Virus record (IMG/VR): IMGVR_UViG_3300040796_000034
Span: 32,001-96,000 of that record
Source: a virus
DNA length: 64,000 nucleotides
Strand: one strand, 5' to 3'
The first letter of the stretch is position 1, and the number at the start of each line of letters is the position of its first letter. Below the pieces are notes generated by a model. That model worked only from the letters and a program-made list of their open reading frames with translations, did not search any database and was not told the DNA's origin. The position numbers were made by a program, and so were the translations under genes. Positions 56,763 to 64,000 of the stretch are shown here, one piece after another.

Positions 56763-57206
56763 GTGTACAAGATTTATAAAAATAATGTATTGATAGCAAC
56801 TCTTGAGTTAGTAAAATATAATACAGATAACAAACCTAATAGATTTACTTATTTAGAGTTAGTAACTGAACCGTTTGATGAAGATTATCTAGTGTCAAAT
56901 AATTTCAATCTTTTTATGAACGACCTTGCTGCTAATTGTTTTCACTACCTAGAGTTCGACCAAAAATTTTGGAAGGATATAAACCTTAAATGTTTAAGAG
57001 GTTTCATAAACTATTGGCCTAAAAGATTTTATAAAACTCCTGATTATAATACTTCACCAAAGTTTTTAAAAAGGTATGGAATTAAGTACAGTTTTTCAGA
57101 CTATATGCCTTACAGTTTGATTGAGGATAATTTAAAAAGTTTAGTTGTGGCTTTGTTAGAAGAAGATGAACTATTGAAAAAATACAACATAGACATACAG
57201 TATTAA
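56763..57206 (+). CDS. Hypothetical protein
   Basis: 147 aa, GTG start. Confidence 0.6.
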   Translation: MYKIYKNNVLIATLELVKYNTDNKPNRFTYLELVTEPFDEDYLVSNNFNLFMNDLAANCFHYLEFDQKFWKDINLKCLRGFINYWPKRFYKTPDYNTSPKFLKRYGIKYSFSDYMPYSLIEDNLKSLVVALLEEDELLKKYNIDIQY

Positions 57207-57209
57207 TTT

Positions 57210-59024
57210 ATGAAACAATCAGTTAAGATTACAATACCTGAAGGAGTCTTATATCTTTCAGAAGTTATGAAAGAGTTACCTAATGGGATTCTTAATAAAA
57301 TGGCTACCGGAGTAGGTGGTTCCTATATTGCTTTAACTAATTCACAAGATTATATTATTGCAGTTCCTACAATAGAACTAATCCATAACAAGAGTTACCA
57401 ACACCCAGATGTTTTAGGGGTCTATAACGTAGCTAAATCTAAAGTTACTTACAATGTCTGTAAAGATTATTTAGATAAGGTTAGGCGTGAAGAGAAGCCT
57501 CTTAAAATACTGGTAACGTATGATGGTTTACCTAAAGTAATTTCTTGGTTAAGTAAGTATGGGATTAATCCTTATAAGGATGTAAGACTTTTAGTAGATG
57601 AGTACCATAAATTATTAAGTGATTATAGTTATAGAAATGAAGCTATAAATAAATTACTTAAAGAGTCCGTACAATTTTTAAATTGTACTTACTTATCAGC
57701 TACTCCAATACAACCAAAATATATTCCAAACATATTAAAAGATGTTGATATATATGAGCTTTATTGGGAAGGTTGTACAAAAGTTCAACCAATAAGAAAG
57801 AAGACTAATAAACCTTTTCTTTGTGTATCAAACATAATTAAGAGACATAAAGCTGCGGGTTATAGTGAATATTTTACGGTAGATGGTAAAAAATATGAAT
57901 GTAAAGAACTCTATTTCTTTATTAATTCTGTAAAAGCAATATCAGATATACTGTCTCAAGTTAAACTTACAGCTAAAGAAGTGAAAGTAATATGTGCAGA
58001 TACCGAAGAGAATATAGAGGAATTATCCTTCCCTATTTCTCAAATATCAGACCCTAATAAACCTTACACTTTTATAACTTCTAAATCGTTTCTTGGTGTT
58101 GACATTTACAGTGATACAGGTATTGCCTTTGTTGTATCTAATGTTGCTAAGAAAAATACATTACTAGATGTTGCAACAGATATTTTTCAGATTGCAGGTC
58201 GTATAAGAAATACGAATAACCCTTTTAAGAATAAACTAATTCACATCTATAATACGAGTACACTTGATGCAACTCCTGATGAACTAGAAGAACTCTTTAA
58301 TACAAAAATAGAAGACACTCATATTATGATACAGACATTTAATCGTATGTCTGATAAAGAAAAGAAGGCAGTGTTAAAACGTTTCGCTCTTGATTTAGAA
58401 GACGATTATTCTATTTATAATAAAGAGACTAATCAATTAGAGTTTAATGACCTTAAGTTAAAAAATGAACGGTTTGTTAGGTCAATACTTACAGACATTT
58501 ACATTAACGGTATGACTTTGCGCAAAGCTTATTTGAATGCCGGATTTAATGTAAAGGAGTCTCAACAGTGGGTTAGGTGTGAAGAAGAGTTTATAGAAGA
58601 CATTACTAGATATTCGTTTAAAGATATTTTACGAAAATATTGTATTGCAAGAGATGCAGGAGATACAGAACAGGTTAACTATTATGAGAAGTATGAACCC
58701 GATGTAAAATATTTGGTTGATGTACTGGGTACTAAAAAAATTAAGGCGCTTAAGTATGTTAAGAAACATTTGTACAAGTTGGTTTATACGGAGTCATCTG
58801 AAGTACAAGATGCTGTATCAGAGAATGTGTACAAGAAGTTTGTCTTAAATAAGTTCTACACTAAGAAGGATGTTAAGTTTATTTTTAAGGAAATTTATAA
58901 CTTGTTAAAGATTGATAAGACTCCTAAAGCTACAGAAATAGATAATTACTTCACGACTATTAAAACGTCTAAAATGGTTGATAGTAAACGACTTCAGGGT
59001 TTATTACTCAAATCCAAAGTTTAG
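57210..59024 (+). CDS. SF2 helicase-like / origin-binding replication protein
   Basis: Degenerate Walker A ATGVGGS, LVTYD, Walker B LLVDEYH, LSATP, FLGVDIY, QIAGRIR. Confidence 0.75.
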   Translation: MKQSVKITIPEGVLYLSEVMKELPNGILNKMATGVGGSYIALTNSQDYIIAVPTIELIHNKSYQHPDVLGVYNVAKSKVTYNVCKDYLDKVRREEKPLKILVTYDGLPKVISWLSKYGINPYKDVRLLVDEYHKLLSDYSYRNEAINKLLKESVQFLNCTYLSATPIQPKYIPNILKDVDIYELYWEGCTKVQPIRKKTNKPFLCVSNIIKRHKAAGYSEYFTVDGKKYECKELYFFINSVKAISDILSQVKLTAKEVKVICADTEENIEELSFPISQISDPNKPYTFITSKSFLGVDIYSDTGIAFVVSNVAKKNTLLDVATDIFQIAGRIRNTNNPFKNKLIHIYNTSTLDATPDELEELFNTKIEDTHIMIQTFNRMSDKEKKAVLKRFALDLEDDYSIYNKETNQLEFNDLKLKNERFVRSILTDIYINGMTLRKAYLNAGFNVKESQQWVRCEEEFIEDITRYSFKDILRKYCIARDAGDTEQVNYYEKYEPDVKYLVDVLGTKKIKALKYVKKHLYKLVYTESSEVQDAVSENVYKKFVLNKFYTKKDVKFIFKEIYNLLKIDKTPKATEIDNYFTTIKTSKMVDSKRLQGLLLKSKV

Positions 59025-59236
59025 TAAAATACTCTTTTTTCTGATTTAAAAAATTTAGCTAGTTTTTGACGATAACGAAAATAGCTAAAACCCTTGATAC
59101 ATAAAGGTTGTAGTGTAGTAGGTGATTTGTTAATCTACTACGTTTTCTTGGAATAAATAGCTATATACAGAACAGAAAATGAAAAAAAAAGTAGTAGTTG
59201 TCATAAGTTAGTCAGGATTACTAAAATTTCTAAAGA

Positions 59237-59995
59237 ATGTTAACAATCGAAAACTCAAATTTAATACCTAAACGTTTTAAAGGTATTTATTTATTTTATA
59301 ACTCTGATAAGGAATTATTATATATCGGTAAGACTTCTCGGATACAATCAAGGTTTTTACAACATAGTAATACTGCTAATACTTTTGAAGATGATTGGAG
59401 AAATAAAATATCTTATGCTGAGGTGTTTGAACTAAAGTCATCCTGTGATAGAGAGATTTACGAAACATATTTAATTAATAAACTAAGACCTAAACACAAT
59501 GTTGACAAAGTTTATAAAGATTTAACTTCGATAGAACTACCTGAATTAAAGAAAACATTCACTGTACTTTTTAGTTATTCTGATATTTGTTTACTTAGGA
59601 GTAGTTTTGAAAATAGTATTTTACAGCTTAAAGATTTATACCCTTCACATAATCAAGTTTTATCAAAAGAACAAGAAAAATTTATAGAAGGAGTATTTTA
59701 CAAATATCCTTATTTAAAAGTTGTAATAGACAGATTAGGTTATGACTATATTGAAAGTCAAAATTACAAAACAGATAAAGTTAAAAGAAAGTCTCGTCAG
59801 TTAATACCTCTGTCTGTAGATGAGTTAATTATGGAAGAGTTACGAGATAATTTTTTTATTCAGTTTAGAGGTACGATGAGTAATAATGAGCTAGTTTGTC
59901 TCTTAGATGATATTTATAAGAGTCTTGATATTTGTCTAAAGGCTAAGGCTAATCATATTGAAAAGTATTATCATGCTAAGAAGACTACCTACTAG
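59237..59995 (+). CDS. GIY-YIG endonuclease with C-terminal domain shared with the helicase (probably truncated; frame continues to 60073)
   Basis: GIYLFY...LLYIGKT...RFLQH...ETYLINKLRPKHN. Confidence 0.8.
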   Translation: MLTIENSNLIPKRFKGIYLFYNSDKELLYIGKTSRIQSRFLQHSNTANTFEDDWRNKISYAEVFELKSSCDREIYETYLINKLRPKHNVDKVYKDLTSIELPELKKTFTVLFSYSDICLLRSSFENSILQLKDLYPSHNQVLSKEQEKFIEGVFYKYPYLKVVIDRLGYDYIESQNYKTDKVKRKSRQLIPLSVDELIMEELRDNFFIQFRGTMSNNELVCLLDDIYKSLDICLKAKANHIEKYYHAKKTTY

Positions 59996-60077
59996 GACAA
60001 GTCTCTTAAAAAGAGAGTCAATGGATACAATCTTATAAAACCCAGAGATATTAAAATTTTAAGTAAAGATTAATAAA

Positions 60078-60356
60078 ATGAAAGTAATAGATTTTCAATA
60101 TAAACTTGGTAAAGATGTTGTAACTTTAGAGAGTTACTCAAACCATCGTTATGTTGTATTAGGGGTTAGTTTATTTACTTATGAAGGTGTGGTGGGTATA
60201 GAACCTAAGAGTTTATTGATGTTTAACTTTTGGAGACGACCTTATTGGGAAATGAAACCACGCATCTATATCAATATACAACAGAAGGGTCATAAAAATC
60301 TAAGATACTATTTAGATGTACAGTGGTTAGGGTTACATTTAAAAACTTTTATTTAG
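60078..60356 (+). CDS. Small aromatic beta-rich protein, family B
   Basis: KPRIYINI...YYLDVQWLGLHLKTFI. Confidence 0.55.
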   Translation: MKVIDFQYKLGKDVVTLESYSNHRYVVLGVSLFTYEGVVGIEPKSLLMFNFWRRPYWEMKPRIYINIQQKGHKNLRYYLDVQWLGLHLKTFI

Positions 60357-60364
60357 GAAACATA

Positions 60365-60592
60365 ATGAGAAATTATATTTTTACTCTATTGAAAGATAAA
60401 GAATGTTTATTAGAGATAGCAGCGTCAGTAGATTACGAACGTTTGTACAACTTAGGAGACCCTGATAGTACAAAGGTTGTTGTAACATCTTACACAAAGC
60501 GTCCTACAGACCTGTATTATATCTAATCAGATTTCTTTTACAATATCCTCAACGAGATAGAGTTAATTAAGTGTGTATATGATTCCTGCTAA
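60365..60592 (+). pseudogene. Hypothetical gene with possible premature TAA (60524-60526)
   Basis: The frame stays open after the TAA (SDFFYNILNEIELIKCVYDSC*) up to an overlap with the next start. Confidence 0.35.
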
Positions 60593-60791
60593 GGTTACAG
60601 AAGAGATATGTTGAGTTCGTATTAAAACGCTTGTAGATATTGTCTCAGAGTCTTCTGGTAGGATTATACCTAAAGGGACTTATGGGACTATTATAGAGTC
60701 TTACAGTGACCCTGGTATGTATCCTGATATGTATGCTGTTGTTTTAAAGACTGACGATTGTTATTATCACGAGACGCTTGTAAAACATTAA
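60579..60791 (+). pseudogene. DUF4926-like gene interrupted by TGA (60612-60614)
   Basis: MIPAKVTEEIC*VRIKTLVDIVSESSGRIIPKGTYGTIIESYSDP...YAV. Confidence 0.5.
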
Positions 60792-60802
60792 TTTAAAGTA
60801 TT

Positions 60803-61123
60803 ATGAAAAAAGTTAAAATTAAATGTGACTACTCTAAGGATTTACCTGATATAAATATTTCTGTAAGTGATGGAAGAGCTTTAATTAGCGAACATATCGA
60901 GAAACATTTAAAGAACTTGAATTATATAGCTTACAAAGTAAATGAAGATTTAGGAACTTTAAAATATCAAGAAACTCCAGATGTCGATGGATGTCTATAT
61001 CAACATTTAGATACTATTAATGACTATCAGGAATTGCTTGAACAGATAATAACGTACTTAATTAATGACCCTTATGTTGAACTTTGTAAAATAGTATCCG
61101 AAGCAGATGGAGTAGATATTTAA
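60803..61123 (+). CDS. Hypothetical protein
   Basis: 106-aa ORF. Confidence 0.6.
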   Translation: MKKVKIKCDYSKDLPDINISVSDGRALISEHIEKHLKNLNYIAYKVNEDLGTLKYQETPDVDGCLYQHLDTINDYQELLEQIITYLINDPYVELCKIVSEADGVDI

Positions 61124-61166
61124 ACAGTTTGAGATAAATTTTCTACAACACTATTTAAGGAAGCAA

Positions 61167-61400
61167 ATGGAAAAGAAATTACAGTTTAAACAGTTTGATA
61201 TACATCTTTACTTAGATAAAAAACGATTTGACATAACGATAATAGACTTTTATGGAGCTACAGGTTTTAGTATGCTTTTTTATGATAAAGGTTGGTACAA
61301 ACAAATTTTACCCAAAGTTGAAATAAATGTTAAAGATGATTATGGTTACTCCCTATTATTTGATTGGTTAATTTTTAGGTATTTCACTTCGATTCATTGA
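61167..61400 (+). CDS. Small aromatic beta-rich protein, family B
   Basis: LPKVEINV...YSLLFDWL...TSIH; AAGGA RBS. Confidence 0.6.
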   Translation: MEKKLQFKQFDIHLYLDKKRFDITIIDFYGATGFSMLFYDKGWYKQILPKVEINVKDDYGYSLLFDWLIFRYFTSIH

Positions 61401-61422
61401 TTAGATATTTAGATATAAGGTA

Positions 61423-61454
61423 GGATGGGTATTGTTTTTAGACAATACCCATCC
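61423..61454. terminator. Hairpin between convergent genes (probable bidirectional terminator)
   Basis: 13-bp perfect stem GGATGGGTATTGT / ACAATACCCATCC. Confidence 0.7.
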
Positions 61455-61467
61455 GTACAGATTAAAG

Positions 61468-62127
61468 TTATTCGTCAAATGAAGATATAATGGATTTTTC
61501 GTAACTGTTTATATCTTCTTCTGTTTCATTTATAAGTTTTTCTAACATTCCTCTTTCTTGAGTAAGAGTTTGTATTTCATTTCTAATATCTTCAGTAGAT
61601 TTGTTATAACTGATTTTACGTTTGTTGTATTCTTCTCCAAGAGCTTTATCTTTTTCATTGTTTGAAATAATTTCTTTACTAATGTTGTGTAGTTCTTTAA
61701 TACAATCTACAGCGGTCTTAAGTCCTTTAATATCAATCTCTTCAGCATATTCGTTTTGTTGGATGTATTGAGTTAGTAGTACGTCTATCTGAGTTATTTT
61801 ACATAAAGTTTTTCTGTCTATGTTTGTTGACTCTTTTAGTAAATCACCTAATGTTGTGTCATCTGCTAATGCTAATTTTCTTTGAACTAACTGTCGTTGT
61901 ATTCTCCATTGTTCTTTTCTTGCAGTGTAAAGAAGTTTATTATATTGTTTAGTGGTTAAATTGTATTTATTGGAAAGCTCTTTTAATGTGTAATTTCTAT
62001 GTGTGTATCCTGAATCGGAATCCTTTGAGTTAAATCCAGACAAATACTCTCTTTTTATGAGTTCTAATAGCTTTAGACTTAGTTCTGTAGGGGTTTTCTT
62101 ATCTTGCTTGTCTTTATTATTATTCAT
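61468..62127 (-). CDS. Terminase small subunit-like HTH protein
   Basis: IKREYLSG...YTLKELSNKYNL...ARKEQWRIQR HTH followed by coiled-coil helices. Confidence 0.55.
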   Translation of the reverse strand: MNNNKDKQDKKTPTELSLKLLELIKREYLSGFNSKDSDSGYTHRNYTLKELSNKYNLTTKQYNKLLYTARKEQWRIQRQLVQRKLALADDTTLGDLLKESTNIDRKTLCKITQIDVLLTQYIQQNEYAEEIDIKGLKTAVDCIKELHNISKEIISNNEKDKALGEEYNKRKISYNKSTEDIRNEIQTLTQERGMLEKLINETEEDINSYEKSIISSFDE

Positions 62128-62169
62128 TATGATTTGATTTTTTACGATTTTTTCTGATGGAATTGATTC

Positions 62170-62505
62170 GGTATTTTTGTAAGTTGAGTGAGGTTAGGTA
62201 AGGTTTAATGATGGATAGTTTGTTATTAGTGAATATGTTAGCATATTTGGAGAAAAGATATGTGTGTATGTGAATGTATGTAGATGTGGGAAGAATATGG
62301 TAGAAATGGTTATTGGATTTATGCCAACACCCACCCCCACACAATCCCTATCCTTTTTCACATAATCCTATCAACATCACACCCAAACCATATCCCACAC
62401 ATTCCATCAAACATTACCAATAACTAACATTTTATCTATTTCACCTACTATTAATAAATATCAATATCTACATTTCACATATTATTAAATAAAATATCAC
62501 ATTAT
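62170..62505. other. Abrupt G-rich to C-rich strand-composition switch
   Basis: 62170-62323 contains one C; 62324-62505 contains no G. Confidence 0.9.
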
Positions 62506-62516
62506 GGGCCTTTCCT

Positions 62517-62619
62517 ACGAGCGATGGCCCGGCAAACGAGCGATGACCCGGCCGACGAGCGATGGCCTGGCGATGGCGTACATTAGGCGATGGCCCGGCA
62601 AACGAGCGATGGCGGGGCC
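62517..62619 (+). repeat. Iteron-like 19-bp repeats (ACGAGCGATGGCCCGGCAA)
   Basis: Core GCGATGRC at 62521, 62540, 62559, 62570, 62587 and 62606. Confidence 0.85.
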
Positions 62620-62711
62620 TTCAAAATTATTTTTAAAAATGTATCGTAGAATACAGAAATAAGAATTGAATAGATTTATGGTTAAATAGTTCAATTAAGT
62701 TAGGTTCAAAA

Positions 62712-62972
62712 ATGAATACAACAGTTAAAGAAGTTATAACGCCGAACGAGTTAATCTCATTAGCTATGGGACAATTTGAGAAAGATTACCCCAACTCATT
62801 AATTGACGTAGTGAGTGTTAATCATAAACTTAGTTGGAATGAACGTCACCCCCGAGTGGCTGTGTGTTCACTAATTTTAATCGAGTTAACTTGCAAGCGT
62901 TTTTTAGTTTACAAGTTTGCTGCAAAATACTCTGAGGCGTATCTATTCGAGCGCTATTTTGAAATAGACTAA
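62712..62972 (+). CDS. Hypothetical protein
   Basis: 86-aa ORF. Confidence 0.55.
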   Translation: MNTTVKEVITPNELISLAMGQFEKDYPNSLIDVVSVNHKLSWNERHPRVAVCSLILIELTCKRFLVYKFAAKYSEAYLFERYFEID

Positions 62973-63452
62973 ACCCGTCGCCGCTAAACTTTTTTAGGCT
63001 CTATTAATTTAGGGCCTTTTTAAGAGCCATCCGGTATAACAATTATTACTCTTTCCGGTATAACCGCTCTAGTGGATTTTAAGCTAGGATAAGACTGCTT
63101 TAGGGTATTCCTACCATTAGAGCATTTAACAGCTATTAACGAGCTGAATAGTCGCCGCTATTTGATTAATTAGATTATTGCCGGCCCCCCGTTATCTTTA
63201 TTATTTTCACTCCTATTAATAGAAGATAATCCGGCCCACCTATTCCTACTACATTAAAGGCCCACCCTTACCCGCTATGGCCAAGGCCCAACTTATTCCA
63301 GTAACAGAATACGGTGGCCCAAAGATGGCCAGAAAATGTCCAAAATGATTTTTTAATCAACATTTTACCCCTAATTTGATTTTTTAGTCAACAGTGAAAC
63401 CTATATGCAGCAACGGTTACAAGACTTTTTTAAAAAAACTTTCTAAAAAGGG

Positions 63453-63481
63453 TTGACAACTAAAGAATTACTAGCTACTAT
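63453..63481 (+). promoter_or_regulatory. Near-consensus sigma70-type promoter
   Basis: TTGACA-17 bp-TACTAT with an A/T-rich upstream tract. Confidence 0.75.
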
Positions 63482-63617
63482 GAAGTTGGTTAAGAGAAAG
63501 ACAAAAAAAACAAACCGCCGATAACTCTTGCTGAGTGACACAAATCACAAGGCCAGGGATAAGGTCCAAAGTTTAACTTTCTCTTAATGATGTACCTTAA
63601 CAATTGAATAAAAAATA

Positions 63618-64000
63618 ATGTCGAACTACAAGTTTAACTGGTCCGCAATAAGTATGGGTGAGGACGTGAACGACTCTAAGCACTGTGCTTTATACTGGTA
63701 TTGTAAAGAATACCATCAGGGACAAAGTGACTGGCGCTATGAGGTATTGAGTAAATCACCTTATACACCCGGGCCGTGTCAGAGTGACATCTTAGACTCA
63801 GAAGACTTCGCAGCTATCCAGTATTATCAGCATTTACTGAGGTTATTTGAACCCAATATTTGCGATATAGACTTAGTGAGCTATGAAGTCGGGTCAAAAG
63901 GGATTATCGACTTTTGGTCCCATACCCATAGCATAACCATTTCTGTTAATGGTGACTGGTTTAGTGCTACCGATTTGGCGCGTGACGTGTACGAGCAAGT
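63618..64000 (+). CDS. Hypothetical early protein (runs off window end)
   Basis: MSNYKFNWSAISMG...ALYWYCKEYHQGQSDWRYEVLSKSPYTPGP...; frame open to 64000. Confidence 0.65.
   Translation, partial: MSNYKFNWSAISMGEDVNDSKHCALYWYCKEYHQGQSDWRYEVLSKSPYTPGPCQSDILDSEDFAAIQYYQHLLRLFEPNICDIDLVSYEVGSKGIIDFWSHTHSITISVNGDWFSATDLARDVYEQ

Noticed and set aside
59993-59995. Genome-wide amber (TAG) recoding
   Set aside because: Long genes translate intact in code 11, TAG terminates genes such as the major capsid, no suppressor tRNA is seen, and nearby interruptions use TAA and TGA.
62120-62344. 74-aa minus-strand His/Asn/Ile-rich ORF
   Set aside because: By-product of the C-free plus-strand tract: the minus strand has almost no G, so TAG and TGA rarely occur.
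62521-62613. HIP1 (GCGATCGC) sites
   Set aside because: The cores are GCGATGGC or GCGATGAC, which are not palindromic, so they are not true HIP1.
62517-62619. Possible mini-CRISPR array
   Set aside because: The repeats are contiguous 19-mers without unique spacers, and there are no cas genes in the window.
63520-63570. Hammerhead ribozyme (CTGA.TGA seen)
   Set aside because: No correctly placed GAAA or three-stem junction.

Overview
AT-rich segment of a large tailed dsDNA phage, probably a long-tailed siphovirus: it has a 3153-aa tape measure protein and I see no sheath gene, integrase or host genes. The minus strand carries a scattered morphogenesis set: TerS-like (62.1 kb), HU-like, TerL, MuF, prohead protease, acidic scaffold, cement, major capsid, head-tail and tail genes, a tail chaperone with a lambda-type GGGAAAG -1 frameshift, the tape measure, tail-tip genes and a DUF935-type portal displaced to the window start. 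Plus-strand islands interrupt it: (i) NADAR-like, RNA ligase and 7 tRNAs, next to 3 DNA methyltransferases (two on the minus strand); (ii) a RepL-like gene and hypotheticals; (iii) an SF2 helicase-like gene, a GIY-YIG nuclease and decaying paralogues. The main discovery is an unannotated 8-codon ORF at 12564-12590 (-) encoding MTERGSGR*. It ends in the exact HetR-inhibiting ERGSGR motif of cyanobacterial PatS, has an extended -10 promoter upstream and is coupled to the next gene by a TAATG overlap. A 47-aa signal-peptide protein with a PatX-like layout lies at 1638-1781. Together these suggest a cyanophage that suppresses heterocyst differentiation in a filamentous host. Other notable features are a cluster of basic, Gly-rich membrane-segment proteins in the head module, and an extreme G/C strand switch with iteron-like repeats beside terS. 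All family calls come from motif recognition by eye; no searches were run.
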